Shown: positions 37,661 through 46,070 of the stretch, piece by piece | Layout of the letters: each line of letters starts with the position of its first letter | Position numbering within the stretch: the stretch's first letter is position 1 | Assembly: GCA_000092065.1 (NCBI GenBank) | Contig: CP000597.1 | Strand: one strand, 5' to 3' | DNA: 64,000 nt | Source of the DNA: Ostreococcus lucimarinus | Taxonomy: Eukaryota | Translations under genes and position numbers: made by a program | The notes under the pieces: generated by a model | What the model saw: the letters and a program-made list of their open reading frames with translations, nothing else | Database searches by the model: none | What the model was told of the DNA's origin: nothing

Positions 37661-40600
37661 ATGGAGTCTATGGACGCCTCGACCGTCGCGCGCGCGTGCG
37701 CGCCGCCGAACGACGCCGACGCGAGCACGAGCGAGGCGGATTACCGAACGATGATTGAAATCCTCGAGCGGCAACGGATTCTGTCGACGATCGACCGTCG
37801 CGCGCGCGCCGCGCTCGCCCTGCGCGTCCTCGAGTGCGCGCGCTCGGTCGCCGCAAACGTCACGCATCGCGTCAAGGCGCTCGAGCGCGCGACGGCGCGG
37901 ACGACGACGCGCGCGAACGCGGGAACGGCGGCGGCGACGACGCTCGACGGCGCGCGCGGCGACGACTCAGCCGAGTCGGCGGACGCGATGCGGCACGGCG
38001 GTAAGACGACGAGCCGGTTGTCGATCGCGGATGAAAGTGAATTTCCGTCGCTCGCGTCGGGGGCGCGAAGGAACCTGGCGATGGCGTTGGACGGCACGGC
38101 GAGCGGGGACGGAAAGCCGAGGCGAGTGGCGCCGACGCCGGTGGAGACGAACGGAACGAACGGAGCGAGACCGCCCGTGGGGAACGGATTTCACGCGCAA
38201 GTGACGCACTGTGCGTCGCCGATGGGAGGTGCGCGACGAATCGCGCCGACGATGGTTTCGAGACCAGTGGATGGGGATTTGTCGTCGTCGTTTACGGCGT
38301 CGGGCGCGGCGACGCCGGCGAGCAAGCCGAGTAGTTTATCCGCGTCGCCGTCGTCCATGATGAAACGCGCGGCGGCGACTGCGACGGCGCTGACGCTGGA
38401 ACGATTGTATGTGAACGAGCCGAGACCGATGGAGCCGATAGAGTTGCCGACGCCCTTGGCGATGTTGGCGACGCTGCACGCGGCGGCGCTGCGCGCGGGA
38501 TTTCCGCTCGATCAGTCTCCGGAGCTCGCGTGGTTGTGTGCGCTCTTGGGCGCGCCCTCAGACTTGGTCGTCGAAACGATCGAGGGTAGTGCAAAGCTCG
38601 TCATGCGTACTGGACGCGAGGCGCATGCGTACGCTTCAAAAGTGCTTTCGCTCGTGCCGGCGCTCGCGTGCGCGCTCGGCGAAGGCGCGCTCGAAGCGCT
38701 CGCCGAGTCCAACGTTTTAGCTTCGCACGCTAGTGCGTTACATAGGGAAATAGTCCGTGAGTTGGGTGCCGTGCGTGTCGCTTCGGGCGAGTGCGAGCGG
38801 GCGTATCAAGTAGACGGTCGCGTGGGAAGCAAGCTGTATGGATTCGACTTGCTCGACGCTTTGGCCAAGGCGGACGAGCGACGGGGTCGCGCAAACGCCA
38901 GACCAGGTCGTGCGATTCCACTGACGGAAAATCAGGCGATAGAACACAACCGTGAACGCACTCGAGATGCGTTCTATGCGCTCTTACGCGCGTCGGCGAG
39001 CCGATCGGTGGGTTTAGGTCAAGATGCGTCCATCGCAAGCCGCGCTCGAACGCTCATCGCGAACACGCATCCGGCAAATATGCGGTGGCTTGCCGATTTA
39101 TTCGTCGCCCGTCTGTCACAAAGCAGTGCGGTAGGCGAAGTAGACGAAGAGCTTGGAAACAGCATCACGCCGGCGCGCTTATCACGCCTACACGAGCGCA
39201 TAGTAGGAAGTAACGCAGCGACGCAAGCGCCGCAAGGAGGTAGGAGCGGCGCGGGCGCGCGAGTCGATGGTAGAGGTGGCCGAGGAGGACGTGGACGTAC
39301 TCTTGGTCGAGGAGGTGGAGAAAAATCCACGAACGGAGTGACGCAGACCAACGGGTTTGGCGCTGAAGTGACGCACACGTGGCCGTCATTTGTGTGCTTG
39401 TTCCCGCCTGCGCAACAGCCCTTCGTGCGATTCATCGAAACGACGGATTCGCACAAGTTTTGCGTCGCACTTCAACGCTCGCTTGTCGCAGCGTTACATG
39501 TTCTTGACCCGAATGCGCACCCGAGTGAAGACGCCGCGCAGTCTCCGGCGAGTTCATCGAACGCTGGGCAAACGGAACGCATGTTGGCTGCTCACGCGAT
39601 GGGCTCTTTCTTGGGTTTACTCACTTTTGGATTCGCTTCAGGCGCGACTTCTGCGCGTGTGGCGTCAAATAATATGGCACTGCAAGGTATTGATTTGACG
39701 TCGACGCTTCGGCGAGCCGGAAGACGTGGAGAGCTCGTCGTGAGCGCGCCGTGGGTGCTCGCGTTTTTGCGCTTCCTGATGTGGGACGCAGATTCGCTCG
39801 ATATCGCGCACTACGCCGAAGCACTGGCGTATTTGCGTGCAATCGCGGCATCACCATGCTTAGATCCGTTCGCTGTAAAAGGCGACTTCAATTCATCGCG
39901 CATGTGTTTGCGATCCATTTTAGCAAATGGTTTGTCGGTGAATGCGCCGATTACGACAGTGCAAGCCTCGACTTGGACCTCCAACAACGTGATGGGTCTA
40001 CCGCCACCACCGCTCGCGGTGATGGATGCGTTGCCTACGACAAGCAAGGAGATTATGCAATCGTACGAAGATCCTTTAGCGATTGACAGTTGGGGCAGGG
40101 AATGGGTTCCATCGGCTTCGGCGAACGCTAGCGCCACGGCGAATTCTCAAGAAGTACCAGATTCGCCCTCCGAGTCGGACTCGAGGATCGAAACACAAAC
40201 TGCGCCAGACTTGAGTCGTGTGGGCGTAGATCGTCGCTACGTCGAAACTGTGTGCCCAAGCGTCGACCGTGCGGTGCGAACTTTGAAACAACGAGGTGCC
40301 ATCGCGCAAGCGCTCGTCGAAGAGAAAGAACAACTCACAAAGGAAGCACCTCGTTCTTTGATGCACACGCCATCGCAACCGACGAATGTGCCTCGTCGAA
40401 TGCAAGCGCAGCCACAGCGCGTAGAACCAACTTCTGTGAGCAAGTCGACGCAAGCACAAGACTTCGGCGGCGTCTTTGAAGCCAAAAACACGCTTTCGCC
40501 AACCTTTGGCGTGACTTCGCCAAACGCGGAGAGTGCACTCGCAACAATGCCGTCGATGGATTTGAAATCTTCCTCGACTGAAATTAAACATGCACTGCAG

Positions 40601-42172
40601 CGTGCTTTCTTGCAGAACGTTCCAGGTCTGCGCCGTCTCGTCGACTTTGCCGTGGACGCCGCAACGCTCGCTGCTGTCGATGACGCCACCGCGGCTATCA
40701 CCGCAAGCGCGGTAGAGAGCGCGCAAGAGGTTGTGAGTGCAGCGGCGACGCAGGCAGCGATGAAGTATGCCGAGTCGGCGAAACGAAACGGAACGTCGTT
40801 CGTTTCCCATGCGAGTTCTGTCATCGAAGAAGCTTGGACACCAGAGTTTGAGCGTGCAGTCGAGCGATCTGCAATGTCGGTGACGAGAGATGTCATATCT
40901 TCTGTAGCAAGCACCGCCGCCGACGACGCGGGTGCACGCGCCGCCGCCGCGGTTGCGGCACTTTCAGGTGCCAACACGAGCCGAGGCGGAGCAGCCGCGA
41001 CTGGGGGATCAAGCGCCGCGACGAGAGCAGCGTGCGGCGTCGCCGCTGACGCGGCGGCGTTCGCGGCGGCGGATCGGGTGCGACGAAATTTACCTTTCGA
41101 GCTTCACGCGCGCGTGGCGAGCGACGCACGAAGGTTGTTGAAGTCAGCGCTCGGCGCGGCGAAAGAGGCCATGAGCGCACCGGCGACTGAAGAGACAGAC
41201 ACTCAGAAGTCATCCTCGCGTGAAGCCGAGTACGCGAGCGTCGCCGCTTCGGCGATCGCAGCCGCGCTTTCTTCGGCGTCAAAGTGGCCCGCAGGCACCT
41301 TACTTGCCGAGTGTTCATCTTTAAAGCTGCTCGCTGATCGTAAGGCGGACGCGTTAACGCTCTCTCGCGGCATAAAAAGTGTCATCGAGTGCACCAGAAA
41401 AGTTCTCGAACAAGACGCCAAATTTATTCGCGTGCAAACGAGTCGTAAGAAGCCTTCGACGCACGTTGAAAAGCCGATTCCCGACTCTAGACCTGGAGAG
41501 CAGCTCGCGTCGATGTTAGCCCAGCTCGCGAGAGCGTACGTCAAGCTTCTTCTCGCGGCGCCCCAAAACGCGCTCTCGAAGACGACAAAGGCAAAGGAGG
41601 CGGAGGAAGGCTGGGGAATATCGCGGGACGAAGTGTGCGAAGGTCTCACCGCCACGCTCATCGCCACGTTTACCGCATCTGCACCGGCATTAAACCTCGT
41701 GTCGGCCTTAGCGCCACCGGACTCACCCGATCCTTGGAAGCGTGTGTACGACGAAATGTTCGCCGGCGAACTCTGGCTCGCCGCGCTTCGCGAGTTCCCC
41801 GAGAGCCCGTTCGCTCAAAAGCGAATTGAACTCATCTTCGCCGAGGCCATCTCAAAACTGCCGCGACGCTCCGTGTTGCGCACTGCCTTTCTCCACCTCA
41901 TTGACGACGCCGACAAGCGCGTCGGTCGACTCGGGCACGCCCTCGCGATTCGCGGCGCGATTCGTTTCTGCGCCGTCGTCGCCGCGAGCGCGACGCACGA
42001 CGACGCCGAAGAAGTCACCGCCATCGCCGCCTTCGCCGAAGATCTTCGTCAGCGATGCGAAGCCGCGGGCGAAAACAGGCTCGCTAGACGCGCCGAGGGC
42101 GCGCACCGGTCGCTCACGTCGGGATCCGTGTACGCCAACATCAAATCCGTCGCGACTCCGACAAAGTCGTAG
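37661..42172 (+). CDS. Large (~1500 aa) uncharacterised protein, mostly alpha-helical/low-complexity with an internal RGG box. Start placed at the ATG at 37661 because the ORF-track 5' end overlaps the APE gene.
   Basis: Continuous 4.5-kb ORF with normal, non-R-biased composition and lower GC in its central part. No family recognised by eye. Confidence 0.5.
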   Translation: MESMDASTVARACAPPNDADASTSEADYRTMIEILERQRILSTIDRRARAALALRVLECARSVAANVTHRVKALERATARTTTRANAGTAAATTLDGARGDDSAESADAMRHGGKTTSRLSIADESEFPSLASGARRNLAMALDGTASGDGKPRRVAPTPVETNGTNGARPPVGNGFHAQVTHCASPMGGARRIAPTMVSRPVDGDLSSSFTASGAATPASKPSSLSASPSSMMKRAAATATALTLERLYVNEPRPMEPIELPTPLAMLATLHAAALRAGFPLDQSPELAWLCALLGAPSDLVVETIEGSAKLVMRTGREAHAYASKVLSLVPALACALGEGALEALAESNVLASHASALHREIVRELGAVRVASGECERAYQVDGRVGSKLYGFDLLDALAKADERRGRANARPGRAIPLTENQAIEHNRERTRDAFYALLRASASRSVGLGQDASIASRARTLIANTHPANMRWLADLFVARLSQSSAVGEVDEELGNSITPARLSRLHERIVGSNAATQAPQGGRSGAGARVDGRGGRGGRGRTLGRGGGEKSTNGVTQTNGFGAEVTHTWPSFVCLFPPAQQPFVRFIETTDSHKFCVALQRSLVAALHVLDPNAHPSEDAAQSPASSSNAGQTERMLAAHAMGSFLGLLTFGFASGATSARVASNNMALQGIDLTSTLRRAGRRGELVVSAPWVLAFLRFLMWDADSLDIAHYAEALAYLRAIAASPCLDPFAVKGDFNSSRMCLRSILANGLSVNAPITTVQASTWTSNNVMGLPPPPLAVMDALPTTSKEIMQSYEDPLAIDSWGREWVPSASANASATANSQEVPDSPSESDSRIETQTAPDLSRVGVDRRYVETVCPSVDRAVRTLKQRGAIAQALVEEKEQLTKEAPRSLMHTPSQPTNVPRRMQAQPQRVEPTSVSKSTQAQDFGGVFEAKNTLSPTFGVTSPNAESALATMPSMDLKSSSTEIKHALQRAFLQNVPGLRRLVDFAVDAATLAAVDDATAAITASAVESAQEVVSAAATQAAMKYAESAKRNGTSFVSHASSVIEEAWTPEFERAVERSAMSVTRDVISSVASTAADDAGARAAAAVAALSGANTSRGGAAATGGSSAATRAACGVAADAAAFAAADRVRRNLPFELHARVASDARRLLKSALGAAKEAMSAPATEETDTQKSSSREAEYASVAASAIAAALSSASKWPAGTLLAECSSLKLLADRKADALTLSRGIKSVIECTRKVLEQDAKFIRVQTSRKKPSTHVEKPIPDSRPGEQLASMLAQLARAYVKLLLAAPQNALSKTTKAKEAEEGWGISRDEVCEGLTATLIATFTASAPALNLVSALAPPDSPDPWKRVYDEMFAGELWLAALREFPESPFAQKRIELIFAEAISKLPRRSVLRTAFLHLIDDADKRVGRLGHALAIRGAIRFCAVVAASATHDDAEEVTAIAAFAEDLRQRCEAAGENRLARRAEGAHRSLTSGSVYANIKSVATPTKS

Positions 42173-42254
42173 CTCTGTAACTCTATGGATAGAACGCTTC
42201 ACACGCCGCCGCGCCGACGCGCGCCCACCTTCGACCGCGCGACTCCGACGAACG

Positions 42255-43139
42255 ATGTCTCGCGCCATCTCCCGCGCGCCCGCGCGCGCGCCCGCGCGCG
42301 CCATCGCGCGCCGACGCCACCGGACGCGCGCGCGCGCGACCACCACCACCGCCGAAGTCGACGCGTTCGCGCGCGAAATCAGCGGCGAATGGATCGGGCA
42401 CTGCGCGAGCTTCGATCCGATCAGCGGTGAACCCTCGAGTCTGCCGTCGTCGATGGTTCCGGACGCGTTCCGCGAGTGGGGGATGGACATAAAGGATTGG
42501 CAGAGCCAGTGCTCGACGACGGTTCGGGACGCCGCGAGCGGGACGGAGTTGTACTGCAAAGACGCCCGGTTCGTTCCGGTGGTCGGATGCGAGGCCGACG
42601 CGTCGACGGTGGAGAGCTTCGAGCGCGACGCGATCGCGATCGAGCGCGTGGCCGTGGAGGCGGGCGCGCGCGGCGGGTACAGCGCGTGTTACGAGGACCA
42701 AAAAGGCGTAGAAATCGTACAGCACTGCGTCGTGAACGACGCGCTCGATCCGCCGATTCGCGTGCGCATGAAGCATCGCGCGGACGGGTGTGGTGCGGTG
42801 CGCGTGTGGCGAGAAGCGATGGATGAACCGTTTTGCGACGGCGGCTCGTTGGCGTCGTCGTGCGGCGGCAACAGCGCGGTGGCGAAATTCGCCGAGTATC
42901 CGCGAGACGCCGCCGACGTCGTCGCGCGCGTCGACGCCGATTTCACCCTTCCCACCAACGCGACGCAACTTCCCGTGGGTATTTGGTTCTCCATCGTCGT
43001 CGAGGAAGACGGTTCGTACGCGTCTCAACTCGGGTACGCCGACGAGAAAACCGCCTCGCACGTCGCGAGCGCTCGCTCGCGATCCGGCCGCGACGAGTCC
43101 TCCGTCGTCGTCCGCTTTCACCGCGCGCTCTCGCCTTAA
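42255..43139 (+). CDS. Hypothetical protein with a presequence-like N-terminus (MSRAISRAPARAPARAIARRR).
   Basis: Non-repetitive, Cys/Trp-containing globular sequence (EISGEWIGHCASFDPISGEP...GMDIKDWQSQCSTTVRD...) in one frame. The 5' extension of the track ORF overlaps the upstream gene. Confidence 0.4.
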   Translation: MSRAISRAPARAPARAIARRRHRTRARATTTTAEVDAFAREISGEWIGHCASFDPISGEPSSLPSSMVPDAFREWGMDIKDWQSQCSTTVRDAASGTELYCKDARFVPVVGCEADASTVESFERDAIAIERVAVEAGARGGYSACYEDQKGVEIVQHCVVNDALDPPIRVRMKHRADGCGAVRVWREAMDEPFCDGGSLASSCGGNSAVAKFAEYPRDAADVVARVDADFTLPTNATQLPVGIWFSIVVEEDGSYASQLGYADEKTASHVASARSRSGRDESSVVVRFHRALSP

Positions 43140-43260
43140 TTTGTAACTCCTAATCGTGCGTTCGCTTTGTCCCGGCGTTTTCGCCGCGCGCGCGTCGTCC
43201 GCGCGCGTTTTATCCAAAACTCCGAAATGACGTCACGCCTCGTCGTCACTCGCCGACGCC

Positions 43261-43950
43261 ATGTTCGCCGCGAACGGCGCGTCCGCGCTCCAGCGCCCGC
43301 GCGCGCGCGCTCGTAAAGCGTCCACCGGCGTCAACGCGCTGTTCAAGAAGAAGGCACCGCCGCCGCCGCCGCCGCAAGCGCCCAAGAAGTCGCGCTTTAG
43401 CTTTGGCGCCAAGAAATCATCGCCGCCGCCGACGCCGACGCCCGCGAAGAAGTCCCGCTTCGGCTTCGGCGCCGAGCGAGCGTCGTCGCCGGCGCCGCCG
43501 AAGCAGCAGCAGGTGCGCGACTTCGAGTACAACGCGCAAGAGTCGATGAGCGAGTCTTACGCGCGCATTCGCAAGCAGCGCGCGCGGAGAAAGGCGGAAT
43601 TCGAAGCGAAGGAGAAGGGGGGGCTGAGCGCGGCGATCTTCAGCGTGACGCGCGCGCTAGATTTCCAAGAAGACATCTCCGCCGATCGTGGATTGCTGGC
43701 GCGCGCGAAGAGCATGCAAAAGGGAGATAAGATGTCCACGGAGGAGTACGGGGCGCTGCGACGCAAAGTCGGAGGCACGAAGGGTGGATTTTTCGGGGAG
43801 AGCGTGGACGTCAAGGGTAAATACGTCGAGGCTGGGTACGTGGACGCGGAGTCGGAGCTCGTCGGCGATTTGGCGTACGCGCCGTTTTTGGGATTGGTCG
43901 TCTTCGCCGTGCTCGCCACCACGGTTTGGGTCGCGGCGCAGGTGCCGTGA
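43261..43950 (+). CDS. Hypothetical tail-anchored protein: Pro/Lys-rich N-terminus with two KKSRFxFGA repeats and a single C-terminal TM helix.
   Basis: PKKSRFSFGAKK / AKKSRFGFGAER repeats. C-terminus YAPFLGLVVFAVLATTVWVAAQVP. Confidence 0.4.
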   Translation: MFAANGASALQRPRARARKASTGVNALFKKKAPPPPPPQAPKKSRFSFGAKKSSPPPTPTPAKKSRFGFGAERASSPAPPKQQQVRDFEYNAQESMSESYARIRKQRARRKAEFEAKEKGGLSAAIFSVTRALDFQEDISADRGLLARAKSMQKGDKMSTEEYGALRRKVGGTKGGFFGESVDVKGKYVEAGYVDAESELVGDLAYAPFLGLVVFAVLATTVWVAAQVP

Positions 43951-43976
43951 TTATTTTGTAACGTAATTTAGTGCGA

Positions 43977-44489
43977 TTAATCGAGCGCGTCTAGATCGCG
44001 GTACGCCGCGTCGGAGACGCGACCGTCGGCGTCGAGCGCGCGCGCGGCTTTGTCTTTTTCGCGGTCGTCCACGCGCGGTTCCGGTGCGACGCCCGCGGAG
44101 ACGTCGTGCTCGACGCGTCTCGCGGGACGCCTCGCGGACGTCGTCGCGCGCGACGCGACCAATGGGAAGGCCTCCGCGCGCTTCAACGCGATCGCCGTCG
44201 GCGTGACGACGAGTTTGCCGGGTTCGTCGTCCGCGTCGTTCGCGTCGTCGACGTCGTCGCTTGGATGCTCGGAGTCGCGCGCGTCGACGTCCTCCTCCGG
44301 ATACGTCAAGTACGTCGGCGTCTCGTACGTCAACCCCAATCGATCCATCTCTCGTATCCTCTTCACCGCTCCCGGCGCGGTCAAATCGCTCACGTCATCT
44401 CCTCGATCGATCACCGCGTACGCTTTCGCGATGGCGAGCTCGGCGTCCTCGATCGCGCGTCGCGTCGCCGCGGCTTCGTTCACGCGCAC
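43977..44489 (-). CDS. Hypothetical small acidic protein.
   Basis: 170-aa ORF with a conserved-looking N-terminal helix (AIEDAELAIAKAYAVIDRGDDVSDL...RIREMDRLGLTYETPTYL) and an acidic tract. No family assigned. Confidence 0.3.
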   Translation of the reverse strand: MRVNEAAATRRAIEDAELAIAKAYAVIDRGDDVSDLTAPGAVKRIREMDRLGLTYETPTYLTYPEEDVDARDSEHPSDDVDDANDADDEPGKLVVTPTAIALKRAEAFPLVASRATTSARRPARRVEHDVSAGVAPEPRVDDREKDKAARALDADGRVSDAAYRDLDALD

Positions 44490-44853
44490 CTTGTACCCGT
44501 GATGTTTGCTGCTCGACGTGCTCGCGAATTCCTGCGACCGAGACCGCGCGCGGTGAGAACGACGCGACGCGAAATAACGCCGCGCATGCGCGCATCGCTC
44601 GCGCCGCGCGCGCGACGCGTCGTCGACGACGCACCTCGTATTCCAACTCTAACATTTCGAGCGTTTTCTCAAGCCTCGCGCGCGCGGCCCGTCTCACCGC
44701 CTTCGCGACGCGCCTTCGCGCCGCGCGCGCGCGCGACGCTCGACGCGGTTTTCGCCTCGCGCCTCCGCGTCGCCGAACGCGCGCGAATCGTCGCGACGCG
44801 CGCGTCGTGCGTCGCAAAGTGCCTCGCGCCGACGCGAAAACGCTCGTCACACC

Positions 44854-46035
44854 ATGCCTCGCCCTCGCGTCGCCGTCGTCGCCCTCGAATACGACCGAGA
44901 CGCGTTCAGCGGGAACGGGATACTGTGTCAAGGTCTGGCCCGCTCTTTGGCGGCGCACGCGGACGTCCTCGTGCTGTGCGCGCGCCCGAGAGGTTCGGGA
45001 CGGGAGGACGATGTCCCGGTGGTGACGCGCGGCGACGGTGCGACGACGACGGCGTACGTCGACGTCGACACGTGGCACCGACTCGACCGTCTCGGTCCGC
45101 ACGAGCAGTTCGCGCGCGGGTGCGCGTCGCGGGCGATTCGAGACGCGGTGGCGGCGTTCGGCGCGAGCGCGTGCGTGGGCGTCGATTTCAGCGCCGTCGC
45201 GGCGGCGACGAATTCTGGATTGTGTGGCGGCGACGTTCCGTTTATTTGGTCGCCATTTCGAATTTTTAGTCGGAGCGATTTCGATGGGCATCACGCGCTC
45301 GAGTGCGATGGCGTGCGAAGGAGCGATGGGGTGCTGGCGTTGTGCGCCAGCGACGCGGATTTCGTGACGGAGCGGCTCGGCGCGGCGGTTCGGCCGCTCG
45401 TCGTCCATCCACCGTTGAGGGAGAGCGTGTTGAAGATTGCGCGCGCGCGGCGCGGAGAGACTCGAAGACGGAAGTACTTGACGTGCGTCGTGCGCGTGAG
45501 CGAAGAGAAAGAGCCGCACAGGTTCGTCGAGCTGTGCGAGGAACTCGCGAGGCGAGGCGTTTTTGATTCCAAAGCTCTCTCGCCCGTGTTTTGCGCCAAC
45601 GCGAGCTTGTGTCAAACGAGCGCGTACGCACAAGATCTGAAGGCTCGCTTTCAAAAGTGTGCGCCCAGTGGTCGAGTGATTGAGCACTTTCTTTCGCCGG
45701 AAGAGTTGGGCGAATTGTTTAGCGAGACGATTTTGAACATTCACCCGCCGACACACGACGCCTTCGGGATGACAATCGTCGAAAGCGCAGCGTTTGGTGC
45801 GCCCTCCGTCGTACATCACGCGGGCGCGGTCGGAGCGAGTGAGTTATTACAGACCATTGGTGTGGACGTGGAAGCTCCGACGCGCGAGTTCGCTGATAAA
45901 ATCGAAGAAATTCTTCTCGACGCGCGCACGCGCGTCGTCGCCGAAAACGCCCACTCCAAAGCTTTGGAGTGGGACGAGGCCAGTTTTGGGCATGCGGTCT
46001 TCGACTTTTTGTTCAGTCACATTAGAAATCCGTAG
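44854..46035 (+). CDS. Glycosyltransferase, GT-B fold (GT4 / glycosyl transferases group 1 family).
   Basis: N-terminal VAVVALEYDRDAFSGNGILCQGLARSLA (GT4 N-domain start) and a C-terminal nucleotide-sugar-binding block FLSPEELGELFSETILNIHPPTHDAFGMTIVESAAFGAPSVVHHAGAVG (the E-x7-E-like motif region). Confidence 0.6.
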   Translation: MPRPRVAVVALEYDRDAFSGNGILCQGLARSLAAHADVLVLCARPRGSGREDDVPVVTRGDGATTTAYVDVDTWHRLDRLGPHEQFARGCASRAIRDAVAAFGASACVGVDFSAVAAATNSGLCGGDVPFIWSPFRIFSRSDFDGHHALECDGVRRSDGVLALCASDADFVTERLGAAVRPLVVHPPLRESVLKIARARRGETRRRKYLTCVVRVSEEKEPHRFVELCEELARRGVFDSKALSPVFCANASLCQTSAYAQDLKARFQKCAPSGRVIEHFLSPEELGELFSETILNIHPPTHDAFGMTIVESAAFGAPSVVHHAGAVGASELLQTIGVDVEAPTREFADKIEEILLDARTRVVAENAHSKALEWDEASFGHAVFDFLFSHIRNP

Positions 46036-46070
46036 TTCGTAGCGATTATGTAATACTAGCGCTGTGTAGC